A stretch of 64,000 nt of DNA from Mobula hypostoma (taxonomy: Eukaryota): contig NC_086108.1 in NCBI RefSeq assembly GCF_963921235.1, forward strand, positions 56,174,001 to 56,238,000, written 5' to 3'. Of this stretch, positions 12,409-25,600 are shown in pieces. Every line of letters starts with the position of its first letter. Positions within the stretch are counted from its first letter, which is position 1. A program made the translations under genes and the position numbers. Below the pieces are notes generated by a model. That model saw only the letters and a program-made list of their open reading frames with translations, searched no databases and was not told the origin of the DNA.

Positions 12409-12679
12409 GTAATTCTCAAGGTCATTGTCTTCTTCCAAGAAGAGAAATGTACATAGGATCAAGGAGTAGCATAGCAATGACGAAGCCTATTCAGACCTCT
12501 TTCAAGAGGCTGCTGTAGTCCCTCTCACACACGGCCATTCTAGTAATTCTGCTGGGATTGTACCCATCTGATTTCCCAGGATCAGGGAGAAATTCCTTAA
12601 CTTTTCTGGCAATGCTGTTGCCCACATTATTCGAAAAGCTGTTTCAAGTTACATGAAGAAATAACTCCCTTTCAACAAC

Positions 12680-13538
12680 TCAATTTGCCTCCTACCCACT
12701 CTCCTCTTGCCACAGGGATCACTCCCTCTGTGATTCCCTTGTTCATTCACCTCTCCCCACTAATCTTCCTCCTGACACTTATCCTTACAAGCTGAAGAAA
12801 TGTTTCATTGCCCATTCACCTCCTCCCTCACCTCCATTCAGAGCCCCAAATAGTCCCTCTAGGTGAGACAAGACCTCACTTGTGAATCTATTGGGGTCGT
12901 CTACTGTATCTGGTGCTCCCTATGCGGCCTCCTCTACATTGGCAAGTCCTGATGTAGAATGGAGCACCGCTTCAAGAGGGATTTCCCAGTGGCCAATTAT
13001 TTCAGTTCCAATCCCCATTCCCATTCCGACATGTTGGTCCATGGCCTCCTCTTTTGTCATGATGACACTACTGTCAGATTGGAAGAGCAACACCTTATAT
13101 TCCATCTGGATAGTCTCTAACCTGATGGTATGAACAGCAATTTCTCCAAGTTCCAGTAATTTTCCCCTCCCCCTTCCCTCTTCTTCAACTCTGCCCTCTG
13201 GGCCCCCTACCCACTTCTCCTCACCTGTCTATCACCTCCCCATGGTGCCCCTCCTCATTCCCTTTTTCCATGGTCCAATTCCCTCTCCAATCAGATTCCT
13301 TCTACTCCAGTTCTTTACCTTTTCCACCTATCACCTCCCAGCTTCTTACCTCCCCCCCAGCTTTACCTATCACTTTCAAGCTTGTACTCCCTCCCATCGC
13401 CCATCTTTCTTATTCTGGCATCTTCCCTCTTCATTTGTGGTCCTGATGAAGGGTCTCGGCCCAAATCATCGACTGTTTATTCATTTCCATAGTTGCAGCC
13501 TGACCTGCTGAGTTCCTCCAACATTTTGTGTGTGCCGC
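12680..13538 (+). mobile_element. Penelope-like element fragment: GIY-YIG endonuclease remnant, pyrimidine-rich spacer and terminal repeat
   Basis: Manual translation gives HRDHSLCDSLVHS and, after frameshifts, LTCESIGVVYCIWCSLCGLLYIG, a GIY-YIG signature preceded by a Cys motif typical of PLEs. The tail carries a hammerhead-like CTGATGA. Confidence 0.8.
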
Positions 13539-14004
13539 TTTCAGAGGTTTCACTATAAGCAGCATCTCCTGCCTACACTTGAGCCACAACTTTGAATATG
13601 TGAGAGCTTTCTGGATTCATCCTGGAGTCTCCAATAACCTACAGAGATACTGGCTCTGATAACTTGGGGAGTAATTCTACCCTGGCAGAAAAGACACCAT
13701 TTTTTTCCAGTTGGTGACTACTGAAAAGTTATCAGAGCAGCTGCTATAGAAGATCACAGGGAACTGGAGAGGTTACCTGTCCCTTGGCATTCAGGGTCAA
13801 CATCTGCCACAAAAGGTCTGCATCACAGGGAATTAAACATAAACCTTGGTACAAAATCCATGAGTCATTGACTATAAGTGCATTGCTTCGCTACACCTTT
13901 CAAGGCAGCTAAATGCTGGAGTACCCAAGGAAAGTAATTATTAAGCAGGATTATTCTGGCAGCTGGCTGGTGTGTCCATTGGGAATAACTGGTGAGCTGC
14001 AGTA

Positions 14005-14155
14005 CACACAGGCTGTGTCAAGACCCTTCATCAGGATCCTTCATTCTTCACCAGTCTCTACCCAAACAACTGATGCTGCCAAACGTGCTGACTTCCTCCC
14101 ACATTTTGTGTGTGTGTTGCTTAAGATCTCCAGCATTTGCAGAACCTCGTGTGAT
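14005..14155. mobile_element. Collapsed Penelope-like terminal repeat remnant containing both orientations
   Basis: 14021-14036 (agacccttcatcagga) is the exact reverse complement of 13441-13456. 14070-14120 matches 13490-13535 in direct orientation. Confidence 0.6.
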
Positions 14156-14451
14156 GCCTTGTGTACATCAGCATGCTCAGGGCCTCCAAGCCTGTGTGGT
14201 GTAGCATTGGAGGTCAGGCAGCAGTGTCTCTGGCCCTTTGTACTGCCACTGGGTTCATTAATGTGTCCAGGATACACTGAACTGAGGAGGCTGGAAATGC
14301 TCTCTAGCCTGTGCATCCAGTGCAGCCTCTTCACTTGAATCAGCAGGCCATTCTTCACTTAAAAAGGTGAGAGGATTGTTTCATTTGCTTTATTTTTTGT
14401 TGACCTACATGTATTAATATAGTGTTAAATATACATAATGTTCAGTTAATT

Positions 14452-15768
14452 TTAGACCATAAGACACAGGAGCAAAATTCGGTCATTTGGCCCATCGAGT
14501 CTGCTCCGCCATTTTATCATGGCTGATTAATCCCTCACAACGGCATTCTCTTGTCTTCTCCCCATACCCTTTGATGCACTGACTAATCAAGAAGCTACCA
14601 ACCTCTACTTGAAATATACTCAATGATTTGCCCTGCACAGATATCCATGGCAATGAATTCTACGGATCCACTACGGTCTGGCTAAGAAATTCCTCTTCAT
14701 CTCCGTTCTGAATGGACATTCCTCTATTCTGAGGCTGTGCTGCCTGGACCTAGAATTACCCAATACATGAAACATCCTCTCCATATCCACTTTATCTAGG
14801 TCTTTCAATATTAAATTGGTTTCAATAAAATCCCTCCTCATTCTTCTAAGCTCCAGTGAGTACAGGCCCACAGCCATCAAATGTTTTTCATAAGTTAACC
14901 TTTTCATTCCTGGGATCATTCTCGTGGACCTCCTCTCCAATGCCAGCACATCTTTAATTAGATAATGCGTCCAGAACTGCTCACAATACTCCGTGTGGTC
15001 TGACCAATGTCTTATAAAGCCTCAGCATTACATCCTTGCTCCTACATTCTAGTCTTCTCAAAATGAATGCTAACATTATATTTGGCTTCCTCAACACCGA
15101 CTCAGCATTCAAGTTAACCTTTATGGAATTCTGCACAAGGACTCTCAAGTCCGTTTGCACCTCTGATTTTTGAATTTTCTCCCCATTTAGAAAATAGTCG
15201 ATGCCTTTGTCCCTTCTGCCGAAGTGCATGACCATACACTTCGCTACACTATATTCCATCTGCCACTTCTTTGCCCATTCTCCTCATCTGTCTAAGTCCT
15301 TCAGCAAACTCTGCTCAACGCTACCTGGTCTTTCACCTATCTTCATATCATCCACAAACTCGTCCACAAAGCCATCAATTCCATCATCCATATCATTGAA
15401 ATATAACGTGAAAAGAACTGGTCCCAATACCAACACCTGCAGAACACCACTAGTCACCGGCAGCCAACTGGAATAGGCTTCCTTTATTCCCACTCATTGC
15501 CTCCTGCCAGTCAGCCCATCATCCATCCTTGCTAGTACCTTTCCAGTAATACCATGATCTCTTATCTTGTTAAACATCCTTATTTGTGGCATCTTGATCT
15601 TCTGAAAATCCAACTAAACTACATCCACTGACTCTCCTTTGTCTATCGTGCCTGTTATTCCCTCAAAGAATTCCAACAGATTTGTCAGGAAAGATTTCCG
15701 CTTAAGGAAATCATTCAGACTTTGGCCTACTTTATCATGTGCCTCCAAGTACACCAAAACCTCATCCA
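14452..15768 (-). mobile_element. 5'-truncated CR1 LINE with a longer RT region
   Basis: Minus ORFs LTNLLEFFEGIT, SSWLPVTSGVLQVLVLGPVLFTLYFND...FVDDMKIG, KCMVMHFGR, LRLYKTLVRPH and RQHSLRIEECPFRTEMKRNF. Confidence 0.92.
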
Positions 15769-15787
15769 TAATAATAATAATAATAAT
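15768..15787. repeat. (ATA)n microsatellite at the 5'-truncation end of a CR1 copy
   Basis: ataataataataataataat seen directly. Confidence 0.8.
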
Positions 15788-16099
15788 TTTTATCAATAAC
15801 ACCTAATTCTTTTATTTACATATTTTTAGCTATATTAGATATCTTTGATCCATCAAAACCCAGCTGTGGATGGATAAGGTGGAGTTGTGTGCGGATTCCT
15901 GAATTAGGAGAGTGAGATTGAAATTAATGTGTGACAGCCAGTTCTTGAGGAAGCAATTAGATTTTATGTAGTTATTGTGTATGGTCTGGATTGTTACCTT
16001 TGGTGTTTAATGTTTATATTTCAGAAATGATTATTGGTAGATCCAACGATTACAGTATCTGTTCCTATTTACTCTTTCATGCTCATTTGTTACTCTCTC

Positions 16100-16522
16100 C
16101 ATAGTATATAAAAGCAAGGATGTAATGTTGACACTTTATAAAGCTCTGGTGCGGCCTCACTTGGAGTATTTTGAGCAGTTTTGTGCCCCTTATCTAAGAA
16201 AGGATGTACTGACATTGGAGAGGATTCAAAGGAGGTTCACAAAAATGATTCTGTGATTGAAAGGCTTATCATTTGAGTAGCATTTTATGGCTCCAGGCCT
16301 CTGCTCACTGGAATTCAGGAAAACAAAGGGTAACCTTATTGAAACCAATCAAATGTTAAAAGGTCTCAATAAAGTGGATGTGGAGAGGATGTTTTCTATG
16401 GTGGTGGAGTCTAAGACCAGAAGACACAGCCTCAGAATGGAAGAGTGCTCCTTATACAATGGAGATGATAAGGAATTTCTTTAGCCAGAGAGGGGTGAAT
16501 CTGTGGATTTTGTTGACACCGG
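16100..16522 (+). mobile_element. CR1 LINE internal fragment, sense orientation
   Basis: Manual translation YKSKDVMLTLYKALVRPHLEYFEQFCAPYLRKDVLTLERIQRRFTKMI, then SLEFRK...KTRRHSLRME. Confidence 0.88.
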
Positions 16523-16695
16523 CTACTTAAAGATCTTCTGTAATACTTTATAACGGGGCTTGTTGTGGCCTTTCTTCACAACAAGTCTGACTGAGAAACT
16601 CTGCCTACAACAGGATACCTACAAGCTTGTCCTTCATGCTGGAATGCCAATAATGTAGTGTTGGTCCAGCAATTAGCGGGCCTGCCTTCCCGCCC

Positions 16696-19600
16696 CATCA
16701 CCACAGGCAGCACAGACCCTCCACAGGGACTGTCCTATATCATCAGCACTGGCAGCAGAGACATCCCTGTATCATCATCTCTCCACAGAAACTGTCCTTT
16801 ATCACCACCATTCCACAGAGACAGTCCTATATCATCACTACTCCACAGACACTGTCCTGTATCATCACTACTCCTCAGGCACTGTCCTATATGATCACTA
16901 CTCCACTGAGACTGTCCTATATCATCACTACTCCACTGAGACTGTCCTATATTATCACCACTCCACAGAGACTGTCCTATATCATCACCGCTCCACAGAT
17001 ACGGTCCTATATCATCACCGCTCCACAGAGACTGTCCTATATCATCACCACTCCACAGAAACTGTCCGATATCATCACTACTCCACAGAGACTGTCCTAT
17101 ATCATCACTACTCCAGAGACTGTCCTATATCATCACTACTCCACTGAGACAGTCCTATATCATCACCACTCCACAGAGACTGTCCTAAATCATCACCACT
17201 CCACCGAGACTGCCCCATATCATCACCACTCCACAGTGACTGTTCGATATCATCACTACTCCACGGAGACTGTCCGATATCATCACAACTCCACAGAGAC
17301 TGTCCTAAATCATCACCACTGAACCGAGACTGTCCTATATCATCACTACTCCACAGAGACTGTTGTACATCCTCACCACTCCACCGAGACTATCCTAAAT
17401 TATCACCACTCCACAGAGACTGTTGTACATCCTCACCACTCCACAGAGACTGTCCGATATCACCACTCCACAGAGACTGTCCGATATCACCACTCCACCG
17501 AGACTGTTCTATATCATCACCACTCCACAAAGACTGTCCTATATCATCAACACAGAGATGGTTCTATGTCATCAACACAGAGACGGTCCTAAATCACCAC
17601 CACTCTGTAGAGACTGTCCTACATCACCACCACTCCACAGAGACTGTCCGATATCATCACTACTCCACAGAGACTTTCCTATATCATCACCACTCCACAG
17701 AGACTGACCGATGTCATCACCACTCCACAGAGACTATCCTATATCATCACCACTCCACAGAGACTGTCCGATATCATCACCACTCCACCGAGACTGTCCA
17801 ATATCATCACCACTGCACAGAGACTGTCCTATATCATCAGCACTCCACAGAGACTGTCCGATATCATCACCTCCACAGAGACTGTCCTATATCATCACCA
17901 CTCCATTGAGACTGTCCTAAATCATCACCACTCCACAGAGACTGTCCGATATCATCACAACTCCACAGAAACTGTACTACATCATCTTCACCACTCCACA
18001 CAGACTGTCGTACATCATCACTCCACCGAGACTGTCCTATATCATCACCCACCCACAGAGACTGTGCGATATCATCACCCACCCACAGAGACTGTTGTAC
18101 ATCCTCACAACTCCACCGAGACAATCCTAAATTATCACCACTCCACAGAGACTGTTGTACATCCTCACTACTCCACCGAGACTGTCCAAAATTCTGACCA
18201 CTCCGCAGAGACTGTTCTATATCATCACCACTCCACAAAGACCGTCATATATCATCAACACTCCACGGAGACTTTCCTATATCATCACCACTCCACTGAG
18301 ACTGTCCTAAATCATCACCACTCCTCAGAGACTGTCCTATATCATCACCACTCCTCAGAGACTGTCCGTTACCATCACCACTCCACAGAGACTGTCCTAT
18401 ATCATCACTGCTCCAGAGACTGACCTATATCATCACTACTCCACTGAGACGATCCTATCTCATCACCACTTCACAGAGCCTGTCCTATATCATCACCACT
18501 CCACAGAGACTGTCCTAAATCATCACCACTCCACCGAGACTGCCCCATATAATCACCACTCCACAGTGACTGTTCGATATCATCACTACTCCACTGAGAC
18601 GGTCCTATGTCATCACCACTCCACAGAGATTGTCCTATATCATCACCACTTCATAGAAACTGTCCTAAATCATCATCACCACTCCACAGAGACTGTCCGA
18701 TATCACCACTCCACAGAGACTGTCCTAAATCATCACCACTGCACCGAGACTGTCGTATATCACCACCACTCCACAGAGACTGTTGTACATCCTCACCACT
18801 CCTCCGAGACTATCCTAAATTATCACCACTCCACAGAGACTGTTGTACATCCTCAACACTCCACCGAGACTGTCCTAAATTTTCACCACTCCACAGAGAC
18901 TGTCCTAAATCATCACCACTCCACAGAGACTGTTGTACGTCCTCACTACTCCACCGTGACTGTCCTAAATTATCACCAGTCCGCAGAGAAGGTTCTATAT
19001 CATCACCACTCCACAAAGACTTTCCTATATCATCAACACAGAGACAGGTCCTAAATCATCACCACTCCACAGAGAATGTCCTAAATCATCACCACTCTAC
19101 AGAGACTGTCCTATATCACCACCACTCCACAGAAACTGTCCTATATTATGAACACTCCACCGAGACTGTGCGATATCATCACCCACCCACAGAGACTGTG
19201 CGATATCATCACCCACCCACAGAGACTGTTGTACATCCTCACAACTCCACCGAGACAATCCTAAATTATCACCAATCCACAGAGACTGTTGTACATCCTC
19301 ACTACTCCACCGAGACTGTCCAAAATTCTGACCACTCCGCAGAGACTGTTCTATATCATCACCACTCCACAAAGACCGTCATATATCATCAACACTCCAC
19401 GGAGACTTTCCTATATCATCACCACTCCACTGAGACTGTCCGAAATCATCACCACTCCTCAGAGACTGTCCTATATCATCACCACTCCACTGAGACTGTC
19501 CTATATCATCACCACTCCACAGAAACTGTCCTATATTATGAACACTCCACCGAGACTGTCCTATATCATCACCCACCCACAGAGACTGTGCGATATCATC

Positions 19601-22600
19601 ACCCACCCACAGAGACTGTTGTACATCCTCACAACTCCACCGAGACAATCCTAAATTATCACCACTCCACAGAGACTGTTGTACATCCTCACTACTCCAC
19701 CGAGACTGTCCAAAATTATGACCACTCCGCAGAGACTGTTCTATATCATCACCACTCCACAAAGACCGTCATATATCATCAACACTCCACGGAGACTTTC
19801 CTATATCATCACCACTCCACTGAGACTGTCCTAAATCATCACCACTCCTCAGAGACTGTCCTATATCATCACCACTCCTCAGAGACTGTCCGTTACCATC
19901 ACCACTCCACAGAGACTGTCCTATATCATCACTGCTCCAGAGACTGACCTATATCATCACTACTCCACTGAGACGATCCTATCTCATCACCACTTCACAG
20001 AGCCTGTCCTATATCATCACCACTCCACAGAGACTGTCCTAAATCATCACCACTCCACCGAGACTGCCCCATATAATCACCACTCCACAGTGACTGTTCG
20101 ATATCATCACTACTCCACTGAGACGGTCCTATGTCATCCCACTCCACAGAGATTGTCCTATATCATCACCACTTCATAGAAACTGTCCTAAATCATCATC
20201 ACCACTCCACAGAGACTGTCCGATATCATCACCACTCCACAGAGATTATCCTATATCATCACCACTCTGTAGACTGTCCTACATCACCACCACTCCATAG
20301 AGACTGTCCGATATCATCACCACTCCACAGACACTTTCCTATATCATCACCACTCCACAGAGACTGCCCCATATAGTCACCACTCCACAGACTGTCCTAT
20401 ATCATCACCGCTCCACAGAGACTGTCCTATATATTTACCACTCCACTGAGACTGTCCTAAATCATCACCACTCCTCAGAGACTGTCCTATATCATCACCA
20501 CTCCACAGACACTGTCCGATATTATCACAACTCCACTGAGACTGTAATATGTCATCACCACTTACACAGTGACTGTCCTAAATCATCTTCACCACTCCAC
20601 TAAGACTGTCCTATATAATCACCACTCCACAGGAACTGTCCTATATCATCACCACTCCACAGAGACTGTCCTAAATCATCTTCACCACTCTACAGAGACG
20701 GTCATACATCATCACTCCACTGAGACTGTCCTATATCATCACCACTGCACCGAGACTGTCGTATATCACCACCACTCCACAGAGACTGTCTGATATCATC
20801 ACCTCCACAGAGACTGTCCTATATCATCACCACTCCACAGAGACTGTCCTATATCATCACCGCTCCACAGATACGGTCCTATATCATCACCGCTCCACAG
20901 AGACTGTCCTATATCATCACCACTCCACAGAAACTGTCCGATATCATCACTACTCCACAGAGACTGTCCTATATCATCACTACTCCAGAGACTGTCCTAT
21001 ATCATCACTACTCCACTGAGACAGTCCTATATCATCACCACTCCACAGAGACTGTCCTAAATCATCACCACTCCACCGAGACTGCCCCATATCATCACCA
21101 CTCCACAGTGACTGTTCGATATCATCACTACTCCACGGAGACTGTCCGATATCATCACAACTCCACAGAGACTGTCCTAAATCATCACCACTGAACCGAG
21201 ACTGTCCTATATCATCACTACTCCACAGAGACTGTTGTACATCCTCGCCACTCCACCGAGACTATCCTAAATTATCACCACTCCACAGAGACTGTTGTAC
21301 ATCCTCACCACTCCACAGAGACTGTCCGATATCACCACTCCACAGAGACTGTCCGATATCACCACTCCACCGAGACTGTTCTATATCATCACCACTCCAC
21401 AAAGACTGTCCTATATCATCAACACAGAGATGGTTCTATGTCATCAACACAGAGACGGTCCTAAATCACCACCACTCTGTAGAGACTGTCCTACATCACC
21501 ACCACTCCACAGAGACTGTCCGATATCATCACTACTCCACAGAGACTTTCCTATATCATCACCACTCCACAGAGACTGACCAATGTCATCACCACTCCAC
21601 AGAGACTATCCTATATCATCACCACTCCACAGAGACTGTCCAATATCATCACCACTGCACAGAGACTTTCCTATATCATCAGCACTCCACAGAGACTGTC
21701 CGATATCATCACCTCCACAGAGACTGTCCTATATCATCACCACTCCATTGAGACTGTCCTAAATCATCACCACTCCACAGAGACTGTCCGATATCATCAC
21801 AACTCCACAGAAACTGTACTACATCATCTTCACCACTCCACACAGACTGTCGTACATCATCACTCCACCGAGACTGTCCTATATCATCACCCACCCACAG
21901 AGACTGTGCGATATCATCACCCACCCACAGAGACTGTTGTACATCCTCACAACTCCACCGAGACAATCCTAAATTATCACCACTCCACAGAGACTGTTGT
22001 ACATCCTCACTACTCCACCGAGACTGTCCAAAATTCTGACCACTCCGCAGAGACTGTTCTATATCATCACCACTCCACAAAGACCGTCATATATCATCAA
22101 CACTCCACGGAGACTTTCCTATATCATCACCACTCCACTGAGACTGTCCTAAATCATCACCACTCCTCAGAGACTGTCCTATATCATCACCACTCCACTG
22201 AGACTGTCCTATATCATCACCACTCCACAGAAACTGTCCTATATTATGAACACTCCACCGAGACTGACCTATATCATCACTACTCCACTGAGACGATCCT
22301 ATCTCATCACCACTTCACAGAGCCTGTCCTATATCATCACCACTCCACAGAGACTGTCCTAAATCATCACCACTCCACCGAGACTGCCCCATATAATCAC
22401 CACTCCACAGTGACTGTTCGATATCATCACTACTCCACTGAGACGGTCCTATGTCATCACCACTCCACAGAGATTGTCCTATATCATCACCACTTCATAG
22501 AAACTGTCCTAAATCATCATCACCACTCCACAGAGACTGTCCGATATCACCACTCCACAGAGACTGTCCTAAATCATCACCACTGCACCGAGACTGTCGT

Positions 22601-25600
22601 ATATCACCACCACTCCACAGAGACTGTTGTACATCCTCACCACTCCTCCGAGACTATCCTAAATTATCACCACTCCACAGAGACTGTTGTACATCCTCAA
22701 CACTCCACCGAGACTGTCCTAAATTTTCACCACTCCACAGAGACTGTCCTAAATCATCACCACTCCACAGAGACTGTTGTACGTCCTCACTACTCCACCG
22801 TGACTGTCCTAAATTATCACCAGTCCGCAGAGAAGGTTCTATATCATCACCACTCCACAAAGACTTTCCTATATCATCAACACAGAGACAGGTCCTAAAT
22901 CATCACCACTCCACAGAGAATGTCCTAAATCATCACCACTCCACAGAAACTGTCCTATATTATGAACACTCCACCGAGACTGTCCTATATCATCACCCAC
23001 CCACAGAGACTGTGCGATATCATCACCCACCCACAGAGACTGTTGTACATCCTCACAACTCCACCGAGACAATCCTAAATTATCACCACTCCACAGAGAC
23101 TGTTGTACATCCTCACTACTCCACCGAGACTGTCCAAAATTATGACCACTCCGCAGAGACTGTTCTATATCATCACCACTCCACAAAGACCGTCATATAT
23201 CATCAACACTCCACGGAGACTTTCCTATATCATCACCACTCCACTGAGACTGTCCGAAATCATCACCACTCCTCAGAGACTGTCCTATATCATCACCACT
23301 CCACTGAGACTGTCCTATATCATCACCACTCCACAGAAACTGTCCTATATTATGAACACTCCACCGAGACTGTCCTATATCATCACCCACCCACAGAGAC
23401 TGTGCGATATCATCACCCACCCACAGAGACTGTGCGATATCATCACCCACCCACAGAGACTGTTGTACATCCTCACAACTCCACCGAGACAATCCTAAAT
23501 TATCACCACTCCACAGAGACTGTTGTACATCCTCACTACTCCACCGAGACTGTCCAAAATTCTGACCACTCCGCAGAGACTGTTCTATATCATCACCACT
23601 CCACAAAGACCGTCATATATCATCAACACTCCACGGAGACTTTCCTATATCATCACCACTCCACTGAGACTGTCCTAAATCATCACCACTCCTCAGAGAC
23701 TGTCCTATATCATCACCACTCCACTGAGACTGTCCTATATCATCACCACTCCACAGAAACTGTCCTATATTATGAACACTCCACCGAGACTGTCCTATAT
23801 CATCACCCACCCACAGAGACTGTGCGATATCATCACCCACCCACAGAGACTGTTGTACATCCTCACAACTCCACCGAGACAATCCTAAATTATCACCACT
23901 CCACAGAGACTGTTGTACATCCTCACTACTCCACCGAGACTGTCCAAAATTATGACCACTCCGCAGAGACTGTTCTATATCATCACCACTCCACAAAGAC
24001 CGTCATATATCATCAACACTCCACGGAGACTTTCCTATATCATCACCACTCCACTGAGACTGTCCTAAATCATCACCACTCCTCAGAGACTGTCCTATAT
24101 CATCACCACTCCTCAGAGACTGTCCGTTACCATCACCACTCCACAGAGACTGTCCTATATCATCACTGCTCCAGAGACTGACCTATATCATCACTACTCC
24201 ACTGAGACGATCCTATCTCATCACCACTTCACAGAGCCTGTCCTATATCATCACCACTCCACAGAGACTGTCCTAAATCATCACCACTCCACCGAGACTG
24301 CCCCATATAATCACCACTCCACAGTGACTGTTCGATATCATCACTACTCCACTGAGACGGTCCTATGTCATCCCACTCCACAGAGATTGTCCTATATCAT
24401 CACCACTTCATAGAAACTGTCCTAAATCATCATCACCACTCCACAGAGACTGTCCGATATCATCACCACTCCACAGAGATTATCCTATATCATCACCACT
24501 CTGTAGACTGTCCTACATCACCACCACTCCATAGAGACTGTCCGATATCATCACCACTCCACAGACACTTTCCTATATCATCACCACTCCACAGAGACTG
24601 CCCCATATAGTCACCACTCCACAGACTGTCCTATATCATCACCGCTCCACAGAGACTGTCCTATATATTTACCACTCCACTGAGACTGTCCTAAATCATC
24701 ACCACTCCTCAGAGACTGTCCTATATCATCACCACTCCACAGACACTGTCCGATATTATCACAACTCCACTGAGACTGTAATATGTCATCACCACTTACA
24801 CAGTGACTGTCCTAAATCATCTTCACCACTCCACTAAGACTGTCCTATATAATCACCACTCCACAGGAACTGTCCTATATCATCACCACTCCACAGAGAC
24901 TGTCCTAAATCATCTTCACCACTCTACAGAGACGGTCATACATCATCACTCCACTGAGACTGTCCTATATCATCACCACTGCACCGAGACTGTCGTATAT
25001 CACCACCACTCCACAGAGACTGTCTGATATCATCACCTCCACAGAGACTGTCCTATATCATCACCACTCCACAGAGACTATCCTATATCATCACCACTCT
25101 GTAGAGACTATCCAATATCATCACCACTCCACAGAGACTGTCCTAAATCATCTTCACCACTCCACACAGACGGTCGTACATCATCACTCCACCGAGACTG
25201 TCCTATATCATCACCACTGGACCGAGACTGTCGTATATCACCACCACTCCACAGAGACTGTTGAACTTCCTCACCACTCCACCGAGACTGTCCTAAATTA
25301 TCACCACTCCACAGAGACTGTTGTACATCCTCACTACTCCACCGAGACTGTCCTAAATTTTCACCACTCCACAGAGACTGTCCTAAATCATCACCACTCC
25401 ACAGAGACTGTTGTACGTCCTCACTACTCCACCGTGACTGTCCTAAATTATCACCAGTCCGCAGAGAAGGTTCTATATCATCACCACTCCACAAAGACTT
25501 TCCTATATCATCAACACAGAGACGGTCCTAAATCATCACCACTCCACAGAGACTGTCCTGTATTATTACCACTCCACAGAGACTGTCCTAAATCATCACC

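Noticed and set aside
13913..14358. Overlapping 141, 105 and 70 aa ORFs
   Set aside because: No recognisable domain, they overlap a repeat remnant, and they are consistent with chance ORFs.
16025..16104. Candidate terminal SGIP1 exon after tgtttatatttcag
   Set aside because: The acceptor is plausible, but the phase-1 translation (EMIIGRSNDYSICSYLLFHAHLLLSP*) does not resemble the conserved GKYLADN-like end. Unsupported without RNA data.
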